Source of the DNA: a bacterium
GTDB lineage: Bacteria > UBA8248
Reading direction: 5' to 3'
DNA: 64,000 nucleotides
Assembly (NCBI GenBank): GCA_965213685.1
Contig: CBDBZY010000036.1
Coordinates: 1-64,000 of the forward strand
Position 1 is the stretch's first letter. Every line of letters begins with the position of its first letter. The translations under genes were made by a program, and so were the position numbers. This document shows positions 1 to 12,419 of the stretch, one piece after another. The notes beneath the pieces were generated by a model, which had not been told where the DNA came from, ran no database searches, and saw nothing but the letters and a program-made list of their open reading frames with translations.

Positions 1-177
1 GCCGTTTCCCCTGGCGAGTAGCACGGTGGGGTGGCGCCCTTCGCCCGCCGGTTTTCTCAGCCCTATCGGCGCGTAGACGCCGTCGAGCAGTTCGACGTAC
101 ATGAGGTGGACGGGGTATCTCGACCCCGGCACCCGTTCGAGGATGACGACGCTTTCGGGGTTGATTCCGTTTTTCAA
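1..177 (-). CDS. Probable alpha/beta-hydrolase-fold protein, N-terminal fragment (runs off the window edge)
   Basis: Not in the ORF track. TTG at 177 with GAGGAG RBS; translates MKNGINPESVVILERVPGSRYPVHLMYVELLDGVYAPIGLRKPAGEGRHPTVLLARGNG, resembling the 'P-x-G-x-G-x-x-P-x-V-L-L-x-x-G' lead-in of alpha/beta hydrolases. Confidence 0.6.
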   Translation of the reverse strand, partial: MKNGINPESVVILERVPGSRYPVHLMYVELLDGVYAPIGLRKPAGEGRHPTVLLARGNG

Positions 178-380
178 GGGACGCTCCTCACCGCGTCAAA
201 CAAAACCCAAACCCTTCGTCCGTTTCCACGACTCCGCGCACGATCACCGCGTTGCCCTCGGGAGAGTGTCAGACAAACCTCAACAAACCTCTCGCCTGTT
301 TCCACGGGCGCCCATGGTATGTGAAAATCGCGGTTTCATGAAGCGCCGTTTTTCGTTCTCCCGGAGGAGTCCGCGCATCC

Positions 381-672
381 ATGTCCGACGTGCCCGAAAA
401 AATCCCCTGCCCGGAATGCGGAGCGGAAACGGAGAACCCGCCGGGGGCGGACGCCCTGCCCGGCCTGCGGCGCGAAGCGGGGGGACGACAGGCCCCTGAA
501 CGTCATCGACGCCAAGGAGATCGTCGTGAAAGTCCTGTGGGGCACGGGCGCCTTGATGATCTGCGGCGGCCTCGGCGCACTCTCCATCGGCGCGACGAAG
601 CCCGCGGTCGGCCTCCTTGGCCTGGGCGGCGCCCTCTTCGCCGCCTCCTATGCGCTGGACTGGTGGACGTGA
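381..672 (+). CDS. Small double zinc-ribbon membrane protein (one frameshift)
   Basis: GGAGGAG RBS and ATG at 381; CPECG, then after a one-base shift near 440-455 CPACG and two hydrophobic segments (IVVKVLWGTGALMICGGLGAL, AVGLLGLGGALFAASYALDWW); TGA 670-672. Confidence 0.6.
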
Positions 673-689
673 GCCGCACGTCCTCCGGA

Positions 690-766
690 TGGCGCCCCCG
701 GCAGGATTCGAACCTGCGGCCTACGGATTAGGAATCCGGCGCTCTATCCTGCTGAGCTACGGGGGC
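690..766 (-). tRNA. tRNA-Arg(CCT)
   Basis: Cloverleaf: GCCCCCG/CGGGGGC acceptor stem, TAGCTCAGCAGGATAGAGC D-arm, anticodon loop TTCCTAA, GGTTCGAATCC T-arm, encoded CCA. Confidence 0.97.
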
Positions 767-800
767 GCGCGGGGCGCGCGCTGCGAGGCGCCCTCCCGCC

Positions 801-1329
801 TCACTCATATCGTATCAAAGCGTGCGCGGGGTGGGGAGCGAGGCGTCCGCGTCCGTTCAGAAACGCTAGCTCGATGAAGAACGACAGGCCGTGGATTCTC
901 CCTCCGAGGGACTCCACGAGCTGGACGCAGGCGGCGGCGGTGCCGCCGGTGGCGAGGAGGTCGTCGGCGATCACGACCTTCATGCCGGGTTCGATGGCGT
1001 CCTGGTGAATTTCCAGGGCGTCGGCGCCGTATTCGAGTTCATAGGTGGCCCGTGTCTTCTCCCAGGGGAGCTTTCCCGGTTTCCGCACGAGGGCGCAGCC
1101 CGCGCCAATCTTGTAGGCCAGGGGGCGCCGCGATGATGAATCCGCGCGCCTCGGCGCCCAGCACAACGTCGATCCCCTGCCCCATCAGAGGCTCCGCCGC
1201 CATGTCCACGGCCGTCTGAAAGGCCTTGGGGTCCTGGAGCATGGGGGTGATGTCCTTGAAGACGATTCCCTCCTTCGGGAAATCCGGCACGTCCCGGATA
1301 TGCGGCAAAAGTTGGCTGACGTCGGACAT
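801..1329 (-). CDS. apt: Adenine phosphoribosyltransferase (one frameshift near 1120-1130)
   Basis: [37 protein letters not shown] and PRPP motif [13 protein letters not shown], split over two frames at a G run. Confidence 0.93.
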
Positions 1330-1478
1330 GAAATGAATCTCTCTCCCGAAGTTTTGGATACGGCATGAGGCGTCTGCGTCGCGGCCCATGCGTCCTCGCC
1401 GCCCCACTATAGCACCCCTCGCCGGGGGATGACGCGCTCCCCGGAGGCGATGCCGCGCGTTTTCCGGTGTCCCCGCCC

Positions 1479-2255
1479 TCATGGAAGATAGGACAGCGGG
1501 TTTTGGGGCCTCGTGCGGTGCCGTATCTCAAAGTGAAGGCGCGCGCTCCGGAAGCGCTGCGTGCGACCCGCGAGGGCGATGGGCGTTCCGCGCGAGACGA
1601 TCTGCCCCTTGCGCACGAGATTCTTGGCGATGTGGGCGTAGATCGAGTGGTACTCGCCTCCTCGGTGGCGCAGGATGATGAGGCGGCCGAGGTTGCCGGG
1701 CCCAAAATCCGAGAAGATGACGCGGCCCCTAGCGGAGGCGCGCACCTTGGCGCGCTCCCGGGCGACGATGAGGATGCCGTCCGCCTTCTTGCCGCCGCGC
1801 GTGCCGAAGCGCCGGATTACGCGCCCGCGCAGGGGCCAGGAGAACCGGAGCGGCGCGCCCGCATGCGCCCTCCGCCTTGTGCTGCGCTGCGCTGCGGCGC
1901 CTCGCGGTTTTCCGGACGGGCGGCGGGCCGCCCACCTCGGGCGGGGCCCGGCGGGGCGCTGGTAGGTTCTGCTCCTCGGCACGAGGCGCGCCCGTCTCGC
2001 CCCCGGGATGAAGAGTCGCTCTCCCACCTTCAGCCGATCCGGGTTGGCGATGCCGTTCAAGACGGCGATTTGCTCGAACCCCACCCCGTAGGCGCGCCCG
2101 ATGCCCCAGAGGGTGTCGCCGCGCCGCACGACGTGGTGGACGCCGGCCAGAGCGCCCGCGTCGCGATGTTCGGTCGTGCTTCTCGTCGTCGGCATCGGCA
2201 ACGCCGCGCATCCGGCAAGCAAAACGAGACAGAACAACCGCGCCGCATGCCGCAT
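1479..2255 (-). CDS. nlpD: LysM / M23 peptidase-domain lipoprotein (NlpD-like)
   Basis: Lipobox LLAGC; LysM (HVVRRGDTLWGIGRAYG...NPDRLKVGERLFIP); M23-like domain (FSWPLRG, SIYAH, LHFEIR). Confidence 0.85.
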   Translation of the reverse strand: MRHAARLFCLVLLAGCAALPMPTTRSTTEHRDAGALAGVHHVVRRGDTLWGIGRAYGVGFEQIAVLNGIANPDRLKVGERLFIPGARRARLVPRSRTYQRPAGPRPRWAARRPSGKPRGAAAQRSTRRRAHAGAPLRFSWPLRGRVIRRFGTRGGKKADGILIVARERAKVRASARGRVIFSDFGPGNLGRLIILRHRGGEYHSIYAHIAKNLVRKGQIVSRGTPIALAGRTQRFRSARLHFEIRHRTRPQNPLSYLP

Positions 2256-2331
2256 CACGGCAATCCCCGCCGGATGATGGCAACCGGGCGAGACGCCATT
2301 CCGCCGCCCCCGATTTGGCCCTCCCCAGACA

Positions 2332-2790
2332 TCACCCACCGTCCGTTGTCATCAGGGCCATCCGCACGGCCTCCTCGGCGCAGGAGGCTGCGACGACGCC
2401 CTCCGGGCTGCTCTCCCGGCCGAGGGCGACGACCCGTTTGCCGAGTTTGAGCCCGAGTGCGATCTCAGAAAGGGTGCCGTGCGCGCCCGCCAGAGCGATG
2501 AGCGCGTGGGACGTGGCTGCGATGATGACGTTTCGGGCGTGGCCCATGCCGGTCGCGATGGGAATGTCAATGAACGGGTTGGCGGATTTCACGTCGTAGG
2601 AGGGCAGGATGCCCACCGTGAGGCCGCCCGCTTCTTTCGCCCCGCGCGCGGCGGCCCGCATGACGCCTCCCAGCCCCCCGCAGGCCAGCACGGCGCCCGC
2701 CCGCGCGATGGCGTTGCCCGCAGCCTCGGCGAGGGAGGTGGTTTCCGGGTCGGGCGCGGAGTCGCCAACGACGCCGATGATGATGCGCAT
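2332..2790 (-). CDS. TIGR00725-type LOG/SLOG family nucleotide-binding protein
   Basis: IGVVG, CGGLGGVM, GGLTVGILP, TGMGHARN, GAHGTLSE motifs. Confidence 0.85.
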   Translation of the reverse strand: MRIIIGVVGDSAPDPETTSLAEAAGNAIARAGAVLACGGLGGVMRAAARGAKEAGGLTVGILPSYDVKSANPFIDIPIATGMGHARNVIIAATSHALIALAGAHGTLSEIALGLKLGKRVVALGRESSPEGVVAASCAEEAVRMALMTTDGG

Positions 2791-2964
2791 CGGATAGTCT
2801 CTCATCCCGGGGCGGATGATGTTTCCCCCGCCATTCTATCGGGTGCGGGCGTCCCGTCAAGCCCCCGGCAATTTGATGGCACCGGGGGGGGGGGGGGCAT
2901 CCGCAATCCGGTGTGGGGGAGACGCCCTCCCCCCTCCCCTCGCGCGCGTCCCGCGCGGCTTCCC

Positions 2965-4155
2965 TTATTGCCCCTCCGGAATGATCACCCGTTCGTTGTG
3001 GTCCGTCGGCAGCCCGTTGTTCAGCGTGTGCAGCATCCAGTCCGCGATGGCGGGATACATGTCGGCCGCCACCTCGCCCATGGGGTGGAAAACGCCCTCG
3101 TAGAGCCAAAGCTCGCGCGGGCACCTGAGGTGTGCGAAGAAGACGTCGATGTCATCCGGCGTGCAAAGCTCGTCCATGTCGCCGGCCACGAGCAGATAGT
3201 TCGACTTCATCTTGCCCGCCATGGGCAGCCAGATGCTGTCGCGCTCCTCGACGAAGGCGTCGAAGGCGTCCTCGTCCAGTATGTTGGCCATGTACATGTA
3301 GATTCTCTTGAAGTTGGGTTGGGCCTGGTTGAATATGATGTCGGAGGGCCCCACGTTCGCCATCTGGCCGACGACGGTGTGGACGCGCTCATCCTGGGCT
3401 GCGATCTCCACCGTCCAGCGGCTTCCCATGCTCATGCCCATGAGGCCGATTCTCGAGGGGTCCACCTCTTCCTGTGCCGTGAGCCAGTCGATCACCGCAC
3501 TTCCCGCCCGCGCGTAATTGGCGTGGTCCACCCACACCTGGCGGATGTTGCACTCTCCCTGTCCGGGGCCGTCCATGATGGCGAAGTTCATGCCGCGCGC
3601 GCGGAACCAGTTGTTGTAGGGCAGGAGCCCGTCCTCCTTGATCATGTCCATGCCGGGGATGAGGAGGACGGTGGGTTTCCCGGTGCCCCCGCCCTCCGCC
3701 GGCCAGAAATAGAAATAGGCGCTCTTTCCCGGCTCGAACTCCACCTCGTGCTTCTGAATGTCGCCGCCCATGAGTTCGCGCATCCTGTCGAAACAGCGCG
3801 ACACGCCCGCATAGTATTCCTTCTTTCGGGGATGCCCGTCCACGGGAATGAGGTGCTGGCCGCGCCCGAAGCAAAGTCCCGCGCGGTTGTAGTGCATGGC
3901 GGCGGTCACGTGATTTCCGGCCTCGGCCGCCGCCATCGCCTTCTTCTCCTGCAGGGCCGCCTGTTTTCCCCACAAAAGGGGGATGGAGCGCCTGCCCGAC
4001 ACCTTCGCATAGACCGCCTGGAGGTCCTGGTGCCGAAATCCCCGCTCGTAGCGCGTGCCCATGATGCCCGGGTGGAGGACGTCCTCGTTTTCGGAGAGCT
4101 TGAGAAAATTATCAAAAATCCAGTTCTGATTCGCGCGCGACGCCTGTCGTCTCAT
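2965..4155 (-). CDS. Alpha/beta hydrolase, 2,6-dihydroxypseudooxynicotine hydrolase / FrsA-like
   Basis: PTVLLIPGMDMIKE, DGPGQGE, nucleophile elbow GMSMG, C-terminal His (GVFHP); AAGGAG RBS before ATG 4155. Confidence 0.8.
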   Translation of the reverse strand: MRRQASRANQNWIFDNFLKLSENEDVLHPGIMGTRYERGFRHQDLQAVYAKVSGRRSIPLLWGKQAALQEKKAMAAAEAGNHVTAAMHYNRAGLCFGRGQHLIPVDGHPRKKEYYAGVSRCFDRMRELMGGDIQKHEVEFEPGKSAYFYFWPAEGGGTGKPTVLLIPGMDMIKEDGLLPYNNWFRARGMNFAIMDGPGQGECNIRQVWVDHANYARAGSAVIDWLTAQEEVDPSRIGLMGMSMGSRWTVEIAAQDERVHTVVGQMANVGPSDIIFNQAQPNFKRIYMYMANILDEDAFDAFVEERDSIWLPMAGKMKSNYLLVAGDMDELCTPDDIDVFFAHLRCPRELWLYEGVFHPMGEVAADMYPAIADWMLHTLNNGLPTDHNERVIIPEGQ

Positions 4156-4423
4156 GCCGCCACCTTCTCCTTTCGCGTGGGTGAATGGATGCGAGCCTCC
4201 TCCTTCCTCCGTTCCCGGGAGCGGAGAATGCCGATGCAACGCGCTATCTTCCAGCCAGGAACCGCTCGGGTCAACCGCCTCGGGGGATCGGCCTCCGCCG
4301 CAATTTTCGGCGCGCGCGTTGATGGAGCCGCCGGTTTTGTGTACACTCGCCCCCTGGTTCTGACGAAGGCGTGAGACGCCTCCTGCCGACATATCTTTTT
4401 ATCGCGAATAAGGGGTTGTGCTA

Positions 4424-5716
4424 ATGACAGTGGAGTCGAGCAACGACGAAACCATCGTTCTTCATGCCGGATTCCGGAAGGATGACGCCACGAACGCCGT
4501 GGCCGTACCGATCTACCAGACCTCGTCCTACCAATTTGACAGCACGGAGCACGCCGCCAATCTTTTCGCGCTGAAAGAGTTGGGCAACATCTACACCCGC
4601 ATCATGAACCCCACGAACGACGTGCTGGAAAAGCGCCTGGCAGCCCTGGAGGGCGGCGTGGGCGGCCTCGCCGTCTCCTCGGGCCAGTCGGCCTCGATGA
4701 TGGCCGTGATGAACGTGGCGCGCGCCGGCGACAACATTGTGAGCTCGACCGACCTCTACGGCGGCACGTGGAACCTGTTCGCCAACCAGCTGGCGGACGT
4801 CGGCATCGAATGCCGCTTTGTGGACCCGGAGGATCCGGAGAATTTCGCGAAAGCGACCGACGAGAAGACGCGCGCCTACTACGCCGAGACGCTGCCGAAC
4901 CCGAAGCTGCACGTTTTCCCGATTCGGGAGGTCGCCGACATCGGGCGCGGGATGGGGATTCCCCTCATCATGGACAACACGGCGGCCCACGGCCTCTGCA
5001 AGCCCTTCGCGCACGGGGCGGCCGTCATCGCCTCCTCGTGCACGAAGTACATCGGCGGGCACGGCAACTCCATCGGCGGCATCATCGTCGACGGCGGAAA
5101 CTTCGACTGGGCGGCCCACCCCGAAAGGCAGCCCTACCTGAACCAGCCGGACCCGAGCTACCACGGCGCCGTGTGGACGGAGGCCGTCGCACCGCTCGGC
5201 CCCATCGCCTACATCATCAAGGCGCGCGTCACGCTCCTGCGCGACTCCGGCCAGGCGATGAGCCCCTTCAACGCCTTTTTGTTCCTCCAGGGTCTCGACA
5301 CCCTGCCCCTGCGCATGGAGCGCCACTGCGCCAACGCAGCGCGCGTGGCGGACTTTCTGGAGGCGCATCCCAAGGTGCGCTCCACGATTTATCCCGGCCT
5401 CATGGACGGGGAGTTCCGGCGCCGCGCCGACGCATACCTCCAGGGCGGCTACGGCGGCCTGTGCGGCTTCGACGTCGAGGGCGGCAGCGAGGCCGGCCAG
5501 AATTTCATCAACGCTCTCCAGATGTTCTACCACGTGGCGAACATCGGCGATTCGAGAAGCCTGGCCATCCACCCGGCGAGCACCACGCACTCCCAGCTCT
5601 CCGCCGAGGAGCAGGAGCAGACGGGCGTGACGCCGGGCTACGTGCGCCTGTCCATCGGCATCGAGCACATCGACGACATCATCGCCGACCTCTCGCAGGC
5701 TCTGGACGCCGCATAG
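4424..5716 (+). CDS. metY: O-acetylhomoserine aminocarboxypropyltransferase (MetY family), copy 1
   Basis: AVPIYQTSSY, GNIYTRIMNPT, PLP lysine motif [31 protein letters not shown]. Confidence 0.92.
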   Translation: MTVESSNDETIVLHAGFRKDDATNAVAVPIYQTSSYQFDSTEHAANLFALKELGNIYTRIMNPTNDVLEKRLAALEGGVGGLAVSSGQSASMMAVMNVARAGDNIVSSTDLYGGTWNLFANQLADVGIECRFVDPEDPENFAKATDEKTRAYYAETLPNPKLHVFPIREVADIGRGMGIPLIMDNTAAHGLCKPFAHGAAVIASSCTKYIGGHGNSIGGIIVDGGNFDWAAHPERQPYLNQPDPSYHGAVWTEAVAPLGPIAYIIKARVTLLRDSGQAMSPFNAFLFLQGLDTLPLRMERHCANAARVADFLEAHPKVRSTIYPGLMDGEFRRRADAYLQGGYGGLCGFDVEGGSEAGQNFINALQMFYHVANIGDSRSLAIHPASTTHSQLSAEEQEQTGVTPGYVRLSIGIEHIDDIIADLSQALDAA

Positions 5717-5733
5717 CGGAAGCCGAGAGAACG

Positions 5734-5774
5734 AAAAGAGGGGCGCCGCCTGCGGGAGGGGGCGCCCCTCTTTT
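5734..5774. terminator. Bidirectional rho-independent terminator
   Basis: Perfect 14-nt inverted repeat AAAAGAGGGGCGCC / GGCGCCCCTCTTTT between convergent metY and tRNA-Pro/pcm. Confidence 0.85.
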
Positions 5775-5953
5775 GTCGCGGGAAAATCCGTGCGCGCGGC
5801 GTCTGTTATCGACGCAGAAAGGCATCGTGAAACAGGGCGGGGAGCGGGAGTGCCCGCGTCATCGGCGTCCGCCGGGAATCGTCCCGCCGGCCGCGTCAGG
5901 GGAGCCCTCCCGCGCGCGGCGGGCGGGTTGGCTGTCCTTGCGGGAGGAGAAAA

Positions 5954-6030
5954 TGGTCGGGGCGAGAGGATTTGAACCTCCGGCCTCCTGCTCCCGAAGC
6001 AGGCGCGCTACCAGGCTGCGCTACGCCCCG
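5954..6030 (-). tRNA. tRNA-Pro(CGG)
   Basis: CGGGGCG acceptor stem, anticodon arm CCTGC-TTCGGGA-GCAGG, GGTTCAAATCC, CCA end. Confidence 0.97.
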
Positions 6031-6079
6031 TCCCGATGCGGCGACTCCGGCGGGGGATGCCGGTCGTCCGCCCTTTTGC

Positions 6080-6765
6080 CTATGGCCCCGCCCATCCGTA
6101 TTTGCCCACCAGCTTTACAAAAACGCAGTTCACCAACTCCTCCGGCTCGCGCATTCCTCCCCCGGCCGAGACGCGGCACCGCACGAGCGTCTGCCGCCTC
6201 TCCTCTCCCAAGGGCATGACGATGCGGCCGCCGGGGGCGAGCTGCTCCGCCCAGGGCGCCGGAATCCGGGGGGCCGAGGCCGCGCTGACGATGGCGTCGA
6301 AGGGCGCCTGCTCCGGCCAGCCGTATGTCCCGTCCGCCGTCCAGAGCATGTAGTTCGTCATGCCCAGGGCGTCCAGGCGCTTTCTCGCCTCCTCCGACAG
6401 CTCGGCCACCCGCTCGATAGCGCGGACGGCGCCTGCGAGCCTCGTCAGGAGCGCGGTAACGTATCCCGAACCCGACCCGATCTCAAGCACCTTCTCCCCG
6501 CCCCGCAGCTCGAGTGCCTCGAGGGTGGCGGCCACCATGTAGGGCTGGGAGATCGTTTGCCCGTGCCCGATGGGCAGCGCCTTGTCGGCGTAGGCGTTCT
6601 CCTGGAATATCTCGGGCGCGAAGTGGTGCCGCGGCACGCTCCGCAACGCCTCGATGACGCGCGGGTCGCGGATGCCCCTGGCGATGACCTGCTTTTCCAC
6701 CATCTCCTCGCGCAGGCGGAGCCAGCGGCCCGCCGGCGGCGGCGTCCCCCTCCTCCTTTTTCCGT

Positions 6766-6781
<16 letters not shown>
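6080..6781 (-). CDS. pcm: Protein-L-isoaspartate O-methyltransferase
   Basis: VPRH, GQTISQPYMVA, VLEIGSGSGY, GWPEQAPFDAI; follows surE; exact start uncertain. Confidence 0.93.
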
Positions 6782-9600
<2,819 letters not shown>

Positions 9601-9714
9601 TCCGGGATGGAGCGCGCGGTGTTTGTTCACGAACCGAGGAGATTGAAAATCCCCCGAATGTCCTTTACAAAATGTTTCCGGGATTGGAGCCTGTCGCCTT
9701 CCCCTAGGCTGAAG

Positions 9715-10335
9715 ATGAACAAACTCAAAATGCTGATTCTCGGCGTCCCTCTCCTCCCCGTGTGGATGGCGTCGTCCGCGCAATGCGAACACAGGCTCCT
9801 CGTCTATACGACGCCGATATCCGGCCAACCCTACATTCTCCTCTCGCGCGGAAAAAAAATCCTTCTGGAGGGCAGGCGCAAACGCCTCATGCGACCGGGA
9901 GATCGCATCATCACCAGCAGAAGGTCCCGGGCGCTCATCCATTTTTCGTGGCATCCGGTTTGCCGGCTCAGACTGGAGCCGAACAGCTCGTTCCAGCTCG
10001 TGGGACCGCAGCCGGGCAACATATACTCCGTGAAGTTGAGCAAGGGCGCCGTGAAATGCGAAGGCGCCTCCTGTCGAATGCGCCTGAGCGTCGTCACGCC
10101 GGCGGGAATGCTGAGCGGGAAAGACGCGGAATTCACCCTGAGAGTCTATCGCGATTCCACCACCGTGATACTGAAAAGCGGCCTGATGCGCCTGTTCGTT
10201 CGCGGGCAATCCGTTCCGCTTCCCGCGATGACGCGCACCATCGTCTCCCAGACGGGAGAGCATCGGATATCCACCATGTACGGAAGCGATTTCACGCGCG
10301 AATACCGCATGCGCACCGTCCCCTCCCTTCGCTGA
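9715..10335 (+). CDS. Exported FecR-like domain protein
   Basis: Signal-like N-terminus; PGDRIIT, LRLEPNS, VVTPAG, G-x-x-x-EF, TVILKSG pattern typical of FecR domains; start uncertain (9607 or 9715). Confidence 0.6.
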   Translation: MNKLKMLILGVPLLPVWMASSAQCEHRLLVYTTPISGQPYILLSRGKKILLEGRRKRLMRPGDRIITSRRSRALIHFSWHPVCRLRLEPNSSFQLVGPQPGNIYSVKLSKGAVKCEGASCRMRLSVVTPAGMLSGKDAEFTLRVYRDSTTVILKSGLMRLFVRGQSVPLPAMTRTIVSQTGEHRISTMYGSDFTREYRMRTVPSLR

Positions 10336-10533
10336 ATCCCCGGTTTCCCGGGGAAATCCAATCCCCCTCCCCCGTCTCGCAACGCGCGAAGCCCTTGACG
10401 AAACCACCCGCAGGCATTACTACATAACGTGAAGCGTTTCTTTCGCCTCACATCGAGTGCGGTCTGGCCTTCACCGGCCCCCGGCCGCGCATCGTGCCTT
10501 TTTGTTTTGCGCGGGACATTTCTTTTTTCTGGT

Positions 10534-10610
<77 letters not shown>

Positions 10611-10667
10611 CTTTATTTCCTCACGATGGGGGAATCGCGCGCATCCCGCGAGGAGATTGTCGGGCAG

Positions 10668-11600
10668 ATGGAACTCGGATTCATCGGTCTGGGCAGGATG
10701 GGCAGCTGCCTCTGCGGCCATCTCATCGAGGCGGGCCACGCGGTAGCCGCGTATGACGTGCGCGAGGAAGCCGTCGTCGCGGCCCAGGAAAAAGGAGCGA
10801 GCGCGGGCCGCAGTCCTGCGGACGTCGCCGCGCGCGCCGAGGTTGTCTTCACCTCCCTGCCGCATCCCGACGTATCGCGCGAGGTCATTCTCGGCGAGGA
10901 GGGCATTCTAGCGGGCGCGCGTGCGGGGGTGCTGCTGGCGGAGACGAGCACCGTCTCCCCTTCCCTCATCCGGGAGCTCCTCCCCCGGGTGCGGGCGCGG
11001 GGGGCCGAACTGATGGATGCCGCCGTGAGCGGCGGCGTGCAGGGGGCGCAGGCGGGAAGCCTCACCCTGATGGTGGGCGGCGGCCGGGAGGGCTTCGAGA
11101 GGCTCAGCCCCCTACTGGCGCATTTTGGAAAGAACGTTTTTCATTGCGGCGCGGCGGGCATGGGGATGCTGTTCAAGGTCGTGAACAACATGCTCTCCCA
11201 CGTGAACCTCGCGGCGTTGACGGAGGCCATGGCACTGGGCGTCGCGGCGGGGGCCGACCCCGATTTGCTGTGCGACGTCATTGCCGTGAGCTCGGGCCGC
11301 AGCCGCCAGGTGGAGGACAGGCTCCGAAAGCACATCCTGCCGGGAGAATTCACCCCGGGGATGACGACCGACCTCGCGACGAAGGACTCCGACTTGTGCC
11401 TCGAGCTGGCGCGCGAATTGCGCGTTCCCACCTTCATCGCCAGCGCGGCGCATCACGTCTATGAAATGGCGATCCGGAAGGGATACGGGGCAGAGGAATA
11501 CGCCTCCCTCATCAAGCTCTGGGAGGAGTGGCTGGACATCGAGGTGCGCTCCCCCAAAGAGGCGGCCGCTTCCGGGGGCGCGCCCGGCGAGGAGGCCTGA
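10668..11600 (+). CDS. 3-hydroxyisobutyrate dehydrogenase-family NAD(P)-dependent oxidoreductase
   Basis: GFIGLGRMG, DAAVSGG, LTLMVGG, KVVNN. Confidence 0.9.
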   Translation: MELGFIGLGRMGSCLCGHLIEAGHAVAAYDVREEAVVAAQEKGASAGRSPADVAARAEVVFTSLPHPDVSREVILGEEGILAGARAGVLLAETSTVSPSLIRELLPRVRARGAELMDAAVSGGVQGAQAGSLTLMVGGGREGFERLSPLLAHFGKNVFHCGAAGMGMLFKVVNNMLSHVNLAALTEAMALGVAAGADPDLLCDVIAVSSGRSRQVEDRLRKHILPGEFTPGMTTDLATKDSDLCLELARELRVPTFIASAAHHVYEMAIRKGYGAEEYASLIKLWEEWLDIEVRSPKEAAASGGAPGEEA

Positions 11601-11647
11601 CGCGCCGCCGCCCGCCAGCGGACCCTCCAGTGGAAAGGACCCCGAAA

Positions 11648-12202
11648 ATGCAGCCGGAACAAATGTTTGACGAGGCCTTTCAGTCGGCCTTCGAGGACCG
11701 GAGGAATCTGGTTTCCTTTCTGGAGGGCATCGACGTCGAGCATGTGCGCTGGCGGCCCCCCGACGGGGAATGGTCCCTGCATGAGAATCTCGAGCACATC
11801 GTTTTGACGGACGGGTATTTTGCGCGCTTCGTCGAAAAAAGGCTGGAGGAGGCGGCCGAGTCCGGCACATGGGATACGGCACCGGAGAACCCGCAGAAGA
11901 TGAGCCGCGAGGCGCTCCGGCGCAGGGAGCAGGGGCGGGTTCCCGCGCCGGATTTCCTCCTGCCCAAAGGCGAGGGCGATTTCAGCGAGATGATCGCCGG
12001 CCTTCTCCCCAGGCGGGAGGCGGTTTATCAAATGATGCTCCCCTGCCGGAGCGTTGACATGAGCCGCTACGTGCACGCGCATTTTCGCTATGGCGACCTC
12101 AACATGTATGACCGCATCGTCTATTCGGGGACGCACGACTATCTGCACCAGGACCAGATGGCGCGCGTCATCGGCGCGTCGGGCTACCCGGGGAGAAAAT
12201 GA
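11648..12202 (+). CDS. DinB family protein
   Basis: WSLHENLEHI and C-terminal HDYLHQDQ histidine pattern. Confidence 0.78.
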   Translation: MQPEQMFDEAFQSAFEDRRNLVSFLEGIDVEHVRWRPPDGEWSLHENLEHIVLTDGYFARFVEKRLEEAAESGTWDTAPENPQKMSREALRRREQGRVPAPDFLLPKGEGDFSEMIAGLLPRREAVYQMMLPCRSVDMSRYVHAHFRYGDLNMYDRIVYSGTHDYLHQDQMARVIGASGYPGRK

Positions 12203-12419
12203 CGCGCCCGAGTCCGCCCGCGCCCGCATCCCGATTTTCGCTCCCCTGCATTCTGGAAACGGTGCCTCCTGACATATGGATGGAGGAAATGTATCCATAG
12301 AAATGTCTGGGGATATTCTCAGCGGGAGACCGCCGCAAGCGCGGTGGAGGACGGGTTTTCTTCTTTTCCGTGGAGCAGACAGGAGCTCGAGGAGCTCCCT
12401 TTCCACGGGTGCGCGGACG

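Noticed and set aside
262-306. ACAAACCT direct repeat and GTTTCCACG duplicate in the first intergenic region
   Set aside because: Too short to separate from chance or an ordinary binding site; no transposase nearby
1115-1130. Programmed frameshift in apt
   Set aside because: Falls in a G run within an error-prone patch; no slippery heptamer or known precedent
2884-2897. Run of 14 G as a phase-variation tract
   Set aside because: Intergenic, with no clear promoter link; homopolymer length is unreliable in this indel-prone assembly
4300-4420. Possible SAM or SAH riboswitch upstream of metY copy 1
   Set aside because: Only a short AGGCGT/ACGCCT hairpin; no recognisable SAM-I, SAM-II, SAM-V or SAH consensus
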